A stretch of 63,976 bases of DNA, counting the filler, from Olpidium bornovanus S191 (lineage: Eukaryota > Fungi > Olpidiomycota), in NCBI GenBank assembly GCA_017911155.1. It is 30 parts of 30 records of this genome, joined end to end, with 100 filler letters (N's around TTAATTAATTAA, not from the genome) between each part and the next. Parts side by side here need not be neighbours in the genome. Positions count along the whole stretch, not along the records: positions 1 to 1,445 come from JAEFCI010008290.1; positions 1,546 to 3,704 come from JAEFCI010003020.1; positions 3,805 to 4,909 come from JAEFCI010010301.1; positions 5,010 to 8,035 come from JAEFCI010007234.1; positions 8,136 to 9,549 come from JAEFCI010000467.1; positions 9,650 to 12,251 come from JAEFCI010004792.1; 24 more parts are not named here. One strand, given 5' to 3'. A program made the position numbers and the translations under genes. Below the pieces are notes generated by a model. That model saw only the letters and a program-made list of their open reading frames with translations. It did not search any database and was not told the DNA's origin. This document shows positions 1 through 11,346 of the stretch, piece by piece; position 1 is the first letter of the stretch; each line of letters starts with the position of its first letter.

Positions 1-34
1 CCCCCCCCCCCCCCCCCCCTTTCGCCCCCCGTCC

Positions 35-69
<35 letters not shown>

Positions 70-149
70 ACTCCTCCCCCCCTTTCCGCCCTCGGCCCCT
101 TTTTCCGTCCTCCGCCCTCCGGGCCCTTCCCTTCCCCCCCCCCCGGACA

Positions 150-190
<41 letters not shown>

Positions 191-192
191 AC

Positions 193-264
<72 letters not shown>

Positions 265-344
265 GGAAAAAGGGGGGGGGGGGGGTGGGGGGGGCCGGGG
301 GGGGGGTATGTTGGTTGGCGGCGGCGGGGGACCAAATCTTTTAG

Positions 345-916
345 CGTGTTCGGGTGGCTGTCCAAGCTGTCAACAACGAAACCCGTCCCGTCCAAAACGC
401 GCCAGCCGACGCTGCCGCCCAAGGACCCGAAGGAAGAGAGGAAGCACCTCAACGAGTATCTCAAGCTGCAGAAGTCGGCCGCGGAGCTGGAGAAGAAGCG
501 GGAGGCCAAGCAGCGGCAGCAGCGCGAGGCCCGGGAGTCGCACATGCACAACACCCTGAACGTGTGGGAGAAGGAGATCATACCGAGCTGGCTGGCCAAG
601 TCGTCCTTTCCCTTCCAGTCGTCGCCGTCGGCAGGGACGCCCAAGGCGAAGCCGGCGTCGCCGTACTACGCCATCTCGCTGCGCACGCGGAAGCTGTGGT
701 ACCAGGGCATACCGCCGAAGTGCCGCGGCACGGTGTGGTGCCTGAGGGTGGGGAACGACGCGGGGGTCACGAAAGAGATGTACGACCTGTGCGCGGCCAA
801 CGCGAGGAACGTCGCCGAGCGCAACGGCTACCCGGGCAAGTTCGACGAGCTGCTGGCCGACGCGACGCCCACGGAGCCGGCGAGCCGCCGCTTCTCCCCC
901 AGCCGCGGCAGCGGCG

Positions 917-950
<34 letters not shown>

Positions 951-1317
951 GACCCGAACGAGCGCGGACGGCGGCGCGGGCTCCGCGGGCGCCGCCGGCG
1001 TCCCCGGGCCGGACCCCGCGTACGCCGGAATGTGCCACGAGATGGAGATGGACATACTCCGGACTTTCCCGTCGCTGAAGCTCTTCCAGGTGCGGAGGTG
1101 CCCGCCGCCGGGAGTTCCCCCATCTCCCGCTTTCTCCTTTCCCCCCCCCCCCCCCCCCCCCTTTTTTTTTTTTTTTTTTTTCGTTCCGGCGGCCTGGTTG
1201 GATCGACGATTATTTTTTTTTTCTGACCCGGGGAGTCTCCAGCCAGGAGGGCCGTTCTATCCGAAGCTGGTGGAGCTGCTGGAAACGTACATGTGCTGGG
1301 GGAACGACATAGGCTAC
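345..1317 (+). CDS. Rab-GAP TBC-domain protein, TBC1D12/TBC1D14-like (partial, spliced)
   Basis: Motifs LPPKDPKEERKH, NVWEKEIIPSW, KLWYQGIPPKCRGTVW, MDILRTFPSLKLFQ|PGGPF and DIGY| match the TBC1D14-type domain. Exons 345-1089 and 1243-1317, with a GT..AG intron at 1090-1242 (CTGAC branch site) and a GTAAGC donor at 1318. Confidence 0.85.
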
Positions 1318-1445
1318 GTAAGCGTGCTTTTTGCGTTGTTTCATCTTTTTCTCGTTTTTTTTTCTGCTTTGTTGGCGCTCCGCCGTCTTGTCGTGGGGAG
1401 GGGGGGGGGGGGGGGGGGGGGGTTTTGGGCCCCCCCCCCCCCCCC

Positions 1446-1545
1446 NNNNNNNNNNNNNNNNNNNNNNNNNNNNNNNNNNNNNNNNNNNNTTAATTAATTA
1501 ANNNNNNNNNNNNNNNNNNNNNNNNNNNNNNNNNNNNNNNNNNNN
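1446..1545. other. Artificial contig spacer (first of 29 identical copies)
   Basis: 44 N + TTAATTAATTAA (stops in all six frames) + 44 N. It recurs e.g. at 3705-3804, 4910-5009, 8036-8135 ... 62749-62848. Confidence 0.99.
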
Positions 1546-2699
1546 AGCCAGGTGGTCTTGTCAGCAAAATATGTCCTTTCGGTCGTGTCGAGATACCCGA
1601 GACGTCGATTAGAGCCGCGGAGGATGTCGTCTGGGTCTTCTTGCTCTTTCGGTTCGTCGATCCATGCGACGATTCGTTCAACCGTGACCTGGTTTCGTCG
1701 AAGCGCCGGAAGGCCTCCCGCAAGTCGGTTTTCGCCTCCGCCGACGAGCTCGCGCACCTGTTCATCGTAATCTTCGTGAACTGTTAGCTCAAACTGCTAG
1801 GCTGTTTCGGCGACGCCAAGCCGGAGTGACTTGACCGTTGCATAGCAGTACACAAAGCTGATAGCCGCGTCGGACCGGCGAAGGTAATTTCGGTCACATT
1901 GCGCCGTCCGAAATGGCACTCCGTTGCAGCGAACTGTTGGATCACGGCGCGGATCTCCGCGGTGCGCATTTGCGCGACAAGCCGCTCGAACCCGAGCTCC
2001 GCCATCATCACAGCGGCGAGCAAACGCGGTCGAAATGACAGGACGTGCCGTGTGCACCTTACACTGTTTGGTTATCGATACGCTTTTGTAGACCCGACGT
2101 CTGTCGAACCAGCTCTTGCCCGGGAGGGGCCAAATTGTCGTCTCTCCCAGGACCCGGGGGCGGCGGGGATCGACGGCAGGGCAGGGGTAGCCGGCTTTGG
2201 ACCCGCAGAGGACTCAGGTCCGGCGTAGGGTGCATCAGCACGTCACTTCACTCACCCGCGATTGAACGGGCAGCCGCGACCGAACCGACGCAGCCGGCGC
2301 CGCGATCGAAAGCAGAGCCGTCACCGCAACGGCCTGATACCAGCGCGGCGGCTGAAACTGCCGGTGGAGGCCGTTGATCGAAAACGAGGGAGCCCGCGCC
2401 CGACGGCCGGCGTTGGGCACAAAGCGCCTAGTTTATTTCTCGGGCGGGTTTTTCTTTTGGAAAAGAAGACGGGAAAGGTACGGAACGTGCTTGCACCCCT
2501 TTTTATACGCGCGCGCGCGCGAGGGGGGGGGGAGGGGTGGTCGAAATTAAAATTCAATCGAACGGGGCTTATTCCTTAGATCGCCGATATTTTCTCCTGC
2601 TTCGGTTGCATGCGGCACATCGATCCCAGTGAGCGCGACGGCCCTTCCTCCTTCGACACCGGCTGCAACAAGGCGGGAGTCTCGACCACGGAAATGCTT

Positions 2700-2965
2700 G
2701 CGCTTCACAATGGCGGACCAATATTATGGAAGTCAACGCGGCAGTCGTGTATAGCAGCATTGTTCCGCGAAGCCAGATTTGTCGCTGGTTCTGCCGTCGC
2801 ACAAGAAATCCGATGGCTGCGGTTGGTGCTCCGTCATTGGGATCCCGCTGCTCAAAACACATCAAGATAAAATATCACCATCTTCGATGGAGCATCGCGG
2901 AGGGCATCGGCAAAATCCAGCGCATCTCGGCGTTGCCAAACCCCGGCCGACACGTTCACGTAACC
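2700..2965 (+). mobile_element. Degenerate Ty1/copia RNase H fragment
   Basis: GGPILWKSTRQSCIAA..EARFVAGSAVAQEIRWLR, then after a deletion/frameshift KHIKIKYHHLRWSIAEGIGKIQRIS..ADTFT. These are copia RNase H motifs. Confidence 0.8.
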
Positions 2966-3194
2966 TCTGGAAAGGATCAGGTTTTGCAGCTTTTCGCGAC
3001 CATGCCGGAGTGCATCCCGTCAGTGAGGCGCGGGTGATGACGGGGACATGCGAGGATGACGAGTTTGACGAAGACTAGAGAGCGCAAGGGTAAACAAGAA
3101 ACCGCCTGGAGACAAATCTCCAGAGGTGAGTAGATGCAATTTGTGCACTTTATAGATGACCGTGGAGCCGGGTAGAGCGCTAGGTGAGGCGGGG

Positions 3195-3334
3195 TGTAGA
3201 AATTAAAGGGAGTTTTGGCAGGGCGACGCTACAGACACTATGCGCCCCAACCCCCTTTTCCCTTGGCGCGAATCCCTATCCAGCAGTCATATAAAAGTAG
3301 CCTGGCGTAGATAGCTTATATACAAACAAAAACA
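3195..3334 (+). mobile_element. Candidate ~140-bp 3' LTR of the upstream copia relic
   Basis: Purine run GAGGCGGGG, then TGTAGA...AAAAACA with an internal TATAAAA. It lies downstream of the RNase H relic. No second copy is available to confirm the boundaries. Confidence 0.4.
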
Positions 3335-3354
3335 GTTTCTCCATATGGCCTCTC

Positions 3355-3468
3355 TGTTGCGTTTATCCGTCCGTGAGGGCGGTGTATTCGGAAAGAAATT
3401 ACGCGTTATAGTAATACATAGATTCAGGGGTTCTGATCAGGGCGTCTTCTAACACTTCCCTCCTCTCC
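3355..3468 (-). mobile_element. 100-bp 3' LTR (3355-3454) with polypurine tract (3455-3468), short-LTR family B
   Basis: The minus strand reads GGAGAGGAGGGAAG then TGTTAG...GCAACA. It shares TCAGAACCCC and TACTATAACGCGTAA with the LTR at 26089-26187. Confidence 0.8.
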
Positions 3469-3874
3469 GTGACAAATGTCCGGTGGTGCCCCACCCCCCA
3501 ACAGGCATGCCACAGAGCGCATGCCCATGCCCAGATGGCCCTTCACCCCCCCCTACAGGCCTAGACGAGTCTGGTGGGCCATTAGGGTGCTAACCGTTAT
3601 TGAGCTGGCGCGTCAAAGAACTGCGCCGGATGCGATTAATGAGGCTCATTCTTCTATCAGCTGATTCCACCCCACACATATCAGCGCCGAGCAAGCAGCC
3701 GTCGNNNNNNNNNNNNNNNNNNNNNNNNNNNNNNNNNNNNNNNNNNNNTTAATTAATTAANNNNNNNNNNNNNNNNNNNNNNNNNNNNNNNNNNNNNNNN
3801 NNNNCCCTCTCCTCCTCAACCCTTCCCCCCTTTTTCCCTCTCCCCCACGTTCCCGGCGGCGCCGGAATCGCCAG

Positions 3875-4465
3875 AGATCGCGCAGTTCTGCTCCCTCAAC
3901 TACGGAGTCTCGTTCCCGATCATGAAGAAGGTCGACGTCAACGGGGACAACGCCCACCCCGTCTACCAGTTCCTCAAGTCCCAGAAGAAGCAGCTGTTGA
4001 TGGAGAGAATCAAGGTTCGAAAACCTTAGCCGGAAGAAGCAAACTTTTGGGTTTTTGTTTTGTGAAGAGAGGGAGGGACGGATTTTCGCGTCTGCAGAGG
4101 GAACATGGAACGCGCCTTATTTTTTTGTTTTTGCGCAACCGCTTTTATATACTTTCTGACACCGGTTTCGGTCACTCTTTGAACCGCTTCGGTCACGGTT
4201 CTCAGTGGAATTTTGAGGTGAGCACCAGCATCCTATTATTACCAAGCGCGTTTTCGTCGTTTTTGTGCATTGGTGAACAGACGAAATTTTGCTTCCGCCC
4301 GGCCGATCTCTGCAGCAACTAAAATCATATTGCTTTTTTTTTTTTCTTCCTCGTCAGAAATTCGTCGTCAACCGCAAGGGAGAGGGCGTCAACCGCTACG
4401 CGTCGACGACGGCCCCGGATTCCATGGCCGGCCCGATTGAGGAACTGCTGGCCGAAGCAGCTTGA
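3875..4465 (+). CDS. Glutathione/thioredoxin peroxidase (GPx family), 3' part
   Basis: Exons 3875-4014 (IAQFCSLNYGVSFPIMKKVDVNGDNAHPVYQFLK), 4206-4217 (WNFE) and 4358-4465 (KFVVNRKG...TGA). Both introns are GT-AG. Confidence 0.93.
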
Positions 4466-5019
4466 GAGGGGGTAGTTCCGCAGAAACGATGCAGCAGGAA
4501 ATTACGCGTTCCCATTGCCCCCCTTTTCTTCCGCCTTTCATTTTCTTCTTCACCTTTCATTTTCTTCTTAGTCGTCCTTTTCCCCCCGGCACGACATGTC
4601 GCCCCACCGGCGATTGAACGGCAAATCAGCGCCTTCACATTTATTTCAAGATTCACCGCCGAACAAAAACTTGTCTACTTTTTTCTATCGCTGCGGGCGA
4701 AGCGCGGGTTCGGCGCAGGATAATTGCCAGCAGTGAAGGGTCGAGGGTGTTAAGTCGTCTGATGAACTCTTGCAAAACATAACTCACGCATGGTGAATTT
4801 ATCTCCCTGGCAAATTGGTCTTTGCCGTTCCCCCGCTCTGTCTCCACCGCCCGCGAACCGGGGAGAACTGCGGCGGTTGCCGGAGTCAAGCGTGTTGGGC
4901 GTGGAATAGNNNNNNNNNNNNNNNNNNNNNNNNNNNNNNNNNNNNNNNNNNNNTTAATTAATTAANNNNNNNNNNNNNNNNNNNNNNNNNNNNNNNNNNN
5001 NNNNNNNNNGCGGAAAAAT

Positions 5020-5058
<39 letters not shown>

Positions 5059-5138
5059 CACCCCTGTGGCTCCGCTCCCCTCCCGCGTCCCTTTCCTCCC
5101 CGTGCCCACGCACTATATCCAAACGCCAAAACGCAGCG

Positions 5139-6189
5139 ATGAAGCAGTCCGCCGGTAAGAGTCGACGACGGCCGTGGCCACCTCTCCGCATCGCCAACCC
5201 CCAATCCCACTTTAACCTTATCCCGTAGTCCCTCGTGCTCGGGTCTGCCGCGCCGTGTAGTGCGTCCGCAACTGCGACCCGTGAGGAAGGGACGGCTGGA
5301 TACGTCGCATCCGGAGATTGATGTGCCGTCACGACGGTCATGTCACCAGAGCAGAGCCGCGGGCCAGTCGAAGGTCATGCTCCCAGAGCAAAGCATCTGC
5401 GGCCCCGTCGGGCTCGCGCCCGCGGGGAACAGGTTTTGATGCCAAGCGGGGAGCGCCGAACGCAACTTTTCTGCACAGCGTAGAAAGGACCGGACGTGAG
5501 ACGACTGGAACCCGCGGAAGTTGGCGCTTCCAAGTGACATGCGGGCTGCGCTTTTCATCGAAAGCTAGCGAAAAGGAGCGGGGCGGACGACGATATTTCT
5601 GCATATGTTGCGGAGACCTCCGCGCGGTTGTTCAATAAATGAAGTCACGCAAAGGATGACCTATACGGTCGGGCAGGTCTGATTTGCGTTCTCGCTGCGC
5701 TCGCGTTTGTTTGCTCTTAGATGTCAGCTCGCCCCGCCGCAAGAGCCGTAAGGCTCACTTCACCGCGCCGTCTGGACTGCGGCGCAAGATTATGAGCACC
5801 GCTCTCTCCAAAGAACTTCGGTCAAAGTATAACGTCCGGTCCATGCCCATTCGTAAGGATGACGAGGTCCTCGTCGTCCGTGGCTCCTCCAAGGGCCGGG
5901 AAGGACGTGTCGTCCAGGTGTACCGCAAGAAGTGGGTCATCCATATCGACCGTCTCACCCGTGAGAAGGTCAACGGTGAGTGCTTGCCAGGCATCGGCAG
6001 TTTGTAAACAGTGTTTGCAGACTCTGTTCTGACCACAACGCGGTGTTCTCAGGTGCCGCTGTCCCTGTCGGCATCCATCCTTCCAATTGTGTCATCACCA
6101 AACTCAAGCTCGACAAGGACCGCAAAAACATACTTGCGCGGAAAGACCGTAGCAAAAAGGTCAAGAAGACCGAGGAGGCAATGACTGAT
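5139..6189 (+). CDS. RPL26: 60S ribosomal protein L26 (uL24)
   Basis: Exons 5139-5154 (MKQSA), 5721-5975 ([18 protein letters not shown]...[11 protein letters not shown]...REKVN) and 6053 onward ([25 protein letters not shown]). The exact 3' end after 6189 is uncertain. Confidence 0.95.
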
Positions 6190-6948
6190 GTGTGTGTCGT
6201 TTGTCAGAGTGATGTGGTTTATTCAGAGCTGAACAGTGTGCTAATCAACTCCATTCCGCATGCGGGTTTCCGTGTATATACAGTAATGTCTCCGCCTACG
6301 TAGCCTGAAAAATTAACAGGTGTTTGACATCAAAATCTTTGTTTCACTTGCGGGCCGTGCAAGCTGCCCTGTCCGTGCTATGCACAAATTTGATGCTGTG
6401 ACTTGACGTTCTTGCATGGATGCGTTTGGTCTGTGTCAGCTTATTTGGAGCATCTTGCTTTTGGAACGTTGTCCGGCGAAAAACGTGGGGACGATTTCTG
6501 CAGTCCAACGATGATGGTGGAATTGCAACTTGTAGTGGCGGCGTGTTTGGCACAGCACACGTAACGGGAAGAACGGGGTTCGTTCCAGCAAACTCTTACT
6601 GCACGCCCTGTTGGTGAATCCAACATCAAATGCTAGAAACTTTGTGGAAGATAGATTATTTCCTGCGGCCAAGTTGTCCGCATTGTCATGCTCTTGCCAT
6701 TCCAACTGCCGTATAACCAAACTGTCAACTCCGAACGCAACTGCTTCTGTTGTCAATAGCGTGACAGGCAACGACGCTGTTGGAATTTTTTTTTTCGCGA
6801 AATTAAGGCGGTTGGGTACTACATGCGTTCTTTTACAGCTATCATCATTTTCAATCACCCGAGCTCGCTTCTCTTCAACTCCAGCTTGCTGTCTTACTTC
6901 CGCCTCCTGCCGGGATTGTCTTTTGAGTCGAAAGGAACGTGATCCTCC

Positions 6949-7341
6949 ACGCTGCCTGACCGGTTCACTGTTCACTCCTGTCGAAACTTGCCCATTCGGC
7001 CCTTGCACGTGCGCATCAAGTGCCAACCCTCAACTCCCTCCCGGTCCCGCAGTCGGAGGAACGAAGTTCGTACTATTTGGCCGAGCGATTCGTCCTTCCT
7101 TGATGATAACCAGGCCTGACGTATTGCGCTCGACAAATCACGGCACGCTGACTGACCGGTTCACCGTTCACTCCTGTCGAAACTTGCCCATTCGGGCCTT
7201 GCACGTGCGCATCAAGTGCCAACCATCAACTCCCTCCCGATCCCGCAGTCGGAGGAACGAAGTTCGCACCATTTGGCCAAGCGATTCGTCCTTCCTTGAT
7301 GACAACCAGGCCTGACGTATTGCGCTCGACAAATCACGGCA
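6949..7341. repeat. Tandem duplication, 2 x 196 bp, a few mismatches
   Basis: Anchors ACGCTG (6949/7145), GGAGGA (7055/7251) and CGACAAATCA (7131/7327) are all 196 bp apart. Confidence 0.95.
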
Positions 7342-7920
7342 GAGATCCTCTGAGTGACCAGTCTTATCACACCGCAGGCACCGCATCGTTGATATCCCCT
7401 GCGCATTTGTAACAACCGGTCCCATCGGCTGTGGCCCCTTCTTGCCAGCCACAAGGGTCGTCCGTGCACCCCCAACGGAGTGCATCCTATGAAATGATCC
7501 AAGATCCTTGACTAGTGACGCTTGGAAAACTCGCTACTGTAACGAGTGAGACACGTAATCTGCGCGTAGCGCGATCTGGAAATCCGTAAATCACCGAATT
7601 CTAGCTCTGGCGGATCCTGCGTTTGAATCTGCGTCTGAACTTGCGTGAATCTGTGCGTGAACGTTTTTCTGAATTTGCGTTGGATTCGGCGTTTGAATCT
7701 GTGTCATATGCTGCGTCTGAATCTGCCTCCTATTTTTTTGTCTGAATATTCTTCGGATTCTCCGTCTGAATTTGCGTCGGATTCTGCGTCTGAGCCTGCG
7801 TCATATTCTGCTTCTGAATTTGTGTGAGATTTTAGGCCTAAATCGGCGAAGAATTCTGCGTTTGAAACTGCGTCGGATTCTCCTTCTGAATCTTCTTCGG
7901 GTTTTGCGTCTGGAGCGGAG
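7145..7920 (-). mobile_element. Degenerate retrotransposon gag relic with CCHC zinc knuckle and acidic 12-bp repeat linker
   Basis: CLRCDKTGHSEDLC (CX2CX4HX4C) at 7339-7380. Upstream 12-bp units encode SDAESDANSDGESEEYSD. Stops and frameshifts are present. Confidence 0.6.
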
Positions 7921-8035
7921 CGGAACTACGACGCAAAACACCTTAGCCTAAGCCCTCCACCCCACCCCCTTCTTCGGGTTTTGCGTCTGGAGCGGAGCGG
8001 AACTACGACGCAAAACAACTTAACCTAAGCCCTCC
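7892..8035. repeat. 77-bp-period direct repeat, each unit containing a 9-bp hairpin
   Basis: CTTCTTCGGGTTTTGCGTC-19nt-GACGCAAAA...CCTAAGCCCTCC starts at 7892 and at 7969. Confidence 0.9.
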
Positions 8036-8135
8036 NNNNNNNNNNNNNNNNNNNNNNNNNNNNNNNNNNNNNNNNNNNNTTAATTAATTAANNNNNNNNN
8101 NNNNNNNNNNNNNNNNNNNNNNNNNNNNNNNNNNN

Positions 8136-9316
8136 CATGTAAAAAGAACGCAATCAGCGCGTCCGGAACCTTTGCTCGGAGCATCGACGGGGCGAGCAGC
8201 AAGTGGTAGTCGTGGATCCAAACTGGCGAACAGAAACAGGAAGCCAGGTCAACAAGGGCACGCCTCAACAACGCGGAGCCCGGCAACGGGGAGCCTTTCG
8301 GTACCAAGGTCGCCAGGCTGATATAGCTCAGCCAACGTGTCAGCAAATCTTTGGTTGAAAGAGGAATAGTGTTCCCAATTGCGTTCTTCCGTGCGCCCGT
8401 CCGTTACCGCGTCCCACAGGATGTAGTGGAAGAGGGGCCAAAGATCTGGTCGCGGCAGTTACTACGTGAGCAATACCACACGACCGCCGGAGCAAAACGC
8501 ACCTCCGGGGCGCGAGCAGAGCAAACTTGCCGTTCTTGCAGTATCCCTCATAGTGGCCGACAGCCTCGACTTCGGGAACGATGACGGGGATGCAGTTCTT
8601 CTCTTCCCTGAGCTGCGTTTTCAGCGCGTCCACGTACTCCGGACTGAGGCTGTCGAACGCGACGTAGTTCCCCTCCTGATCGTAAATGTCGCCGACGTAG
8701 CCGAGGCACAGCACGGTGTTGTCCTCCTGCAGGGACCGGACGCCGGCGAAGAGCGCGGAGTGGCCGCGCCGGTTCGTGAAGGTCCACAGGGGGGACCCTT
8801 TCTGCGCGGCGGCCCCGGGCTGGTCTTCGACCGATAGCGTGGGTGGAGTGAGCACGGCCCGGAGACCCTCAAAATTGTTTCCGGGGTTCGGGAAAGGGCT
8901 CAGCGGCTTCGACCGGCTTTCGGCTGCGGAGTCGGCGTAGCGCCCTACAACGATGCACGAGAACGGGAGGAAGTGGGTAACCTGCAAGGAAAGCCGGGGG
9001 GTATTGGGGGGGGGGGGAAGAGACCGCAGCACACCCGCCGTCCGGAGTCAGCCAGTTCCGACACGGGGAATCGCGGGTGCGACGCCCGGCGTTTTCCCTG
9101 CCGAACAAACCGATCTCGCCCCCTCGGTAAGTGGGTTCTCTTTCTGCCGGCGCCTCTTTGCTAACTCACCGAGAGCAGCCTCCCGTTCGACGCGGCGGTC
9201 CCCCCGCTGCAGGCGCCTCCAGCCGGCGCGGTCGGCGGCGGCGCGGCGAAGTGGGGGGGCCTGCCCGCAGGCGCAGTCGGCGGCGGTGCCGGCGCCGCTG
9301 CGGCGGGCGCGGGCAT
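8136..9316 (-). CDS. Trehalose-6-phosphate synthase/phosphatase complex subunit (Tps2/Tps3-like, GT20 domain), 5' part
   Basis: ATG at 9316. Motifs GRLLS|VTHFLPF, RGHSALFAGVRSL, GHYEGYCK, LWPLFHYILW and VWIHDYHLLLAPSMLR..IAFFLH. Truncated by the contig end. Confidence 0.92.
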
Positions 9317-9431
9317 GGTGGCGGCGCGGGGAAGGAGGGCTGTCTGGCCTCTTTTTTTTTTGGCAAAAGCGCGGGGAAAACTGAAAGTTATCCGGGGAAG
9401 AGCGGGAAGTCGCCTACCCCGCCCGCTTTCT

Positions 9432-9549
<118 letters not shown>

Positions 9550-10099
9550 NNNNNNNNNNNNNNNNNNNNNNNNNNNNNNNNNNNNNNNNNNNNTTAATTA
9601 ATTAANNNNNNNNNNNNNNNNNNNNNNNNNNNNNNNNNNNNNNNNNNNNCATGCGGTGTGAGGTTGAGTTTTGAACGGGGGTGGGGTGAATGCGCGAGTG
9701 GTTCGGAGCACGGGAAGAATTCTCGTACGAAAGGAGAAGGACTTTCAGGGAGGGGTTCGCAGCGCGTCCAACCGACCACGCGACGTGGAGGGGATAAGGG
9801 GACGGATTTCTACGCCTTTTCTTTGGATTTTGGTCGACGAATTTTCGAATCTCGTTGCTGGCCCCCCCCCCCCCCCCCCCTTCGTCCCTTCGTTCGTTTT
9901 CTTCACAACAGCGGGTCCTGTCGCTTCGGAGTCCTGGAGGCCGGACAGCCAGACCTGCTGCGCTGTATTTGCCGGATTAGGCGGATTTGCGAGATTCGAG
10001 GGCTTCGGTAGGATTGCGGGATTCGCGCTGCTTTTTTTTTTTTTTTTTTTTTTTGCGCGATTCGTGAGACCTCGACACAGATTCCAAAGGAGATTGCGT

Positions 10100-10528
10100 T
10101 TCTCACGGACGACATCGCAGAGGATAGCGCGGAGCACAGCGCGGAGCACAGCACGGACGACTGCGCGTTCGGATATTGGATAGTTCGGAACACAGCACGG
10201 ACGACTGCGCACTCGCGTGTCGGACATCGCGGAGGATGGCGTAGCCGCCAGTGCGGCCGACAGCGCGGCCGACAGTGGGGCAGACATTGCAAATAACAGC
10301 GGGGCCCATAGCGAAGCAGACCCCGCGGCAGACAGCGCTGATGGCAGCATGGATGACAGCGGACGACAGCACTTATGTCAGCGCGGACTACATCGTAAAG
10401 CCGAGGACCTCGAGGAAGACAGCACAGGCGGCAGCGCGGACGACAGCTTGGACCACAGCTCAGACAATGGGGCAGAGGACAGAGCTGACGTTAGTGCCGA
10501 TGACAGAGCCGACGACTTATCTAGGTGA
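10100..10528 (+). repeat. Degenerate 12-bp minisatellite (GACAGCGCGGCC-like) encoding Asp-Ser-Ala-x repeats
   Basis: Translation SAADSAADSGAD..AADSADGSMDDS..GSADDSLD shows a 4-residue period. Confidence 0.6.
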
Positions 10529-11346
10529 ACACATCATAAATCCCTTCAAGCAGAAAACACACCTCAACGCAAGCATCCAAATACAAGGCACTCCCATCTC
10601 ACACACTCGAGGTGAGGCTTTCCAAAATTTGAAGAAAGTTGCAGTTTGTCGTTGGATATAAAAAGGAGAAGCCCCGCCAAGTCTTTTTTTTTCCGTTTCA
10701 GTGAGATGGGCATGAGGCTGGTTGTTGTGGTCTAAAAGGAAGACTGCTCACCCGCTTGAGGAATTGGCCGTCGTTGTGTGGAAAGCTTTCCAAGCGCCAA
10801 TGAGGTGGCTGCGCCCGGCCGGGCGCGAAAATGGCAGTGCGCTATGGGACGGTTTTGCGCAGCGGGAAAAGCGCCTCCAAAACGGGGCGTGGGTCGACGC
10901 CAGTCCCGGAAACCACTGTGGCTTTCCATTCGCGGAGCCGCTGTGCGAAGAAAGGCCACGAAGAACGCAACAGGAGGCGCTTGTTCCAGGTTTGCAAAAG
11001 AACTAAAAGCCCATGAATCAACGCGCCACCGAAAGGATCCTTCCCTGGCACGCCGGAGGCAGGGCTGCATGCTCCCAAGCTGCGCGCGTTCGCTCTCCGT
11101 GCGGGGTAAACAGGCCGGACTGGCTGCTCGGATTTGAGTTACGCGGGGCGCCCGGCGCACGTGTCCTCGACTGCTGGTCACGTGACAACACTGGCCGAGG
11201 TCACAAGGAGCGGCCTCCCACCTCTCCTCCGGTATCCCTCCTCCCTCCTCAAAGGGGTGACTGGCCCGCCCCCCCCGCCGGCGCGCGACACCCGCCCCGA
11301 ACGGACTGAAACGACGGTGCGGTCGTTCGAACAGACAAGGAAAGGC

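Noticed and set aside
1490-1501. TTAATTAATTAA repeated 29 times at semi-regular spacing (CRISPR-like or regulatory?)
   Set aside because: It is always flanked by exactly 44 N on each side, so it is a six-frame stop linker.
5155-5720. Long (566-nt) first intron of RPL26 as a possible snoRNA host
   Set aside because: No RUGAUGA box C with a terminal stem was found, and the CTGA near 5679 fits a branch site. A covariance-model search would be needed to revisit this.
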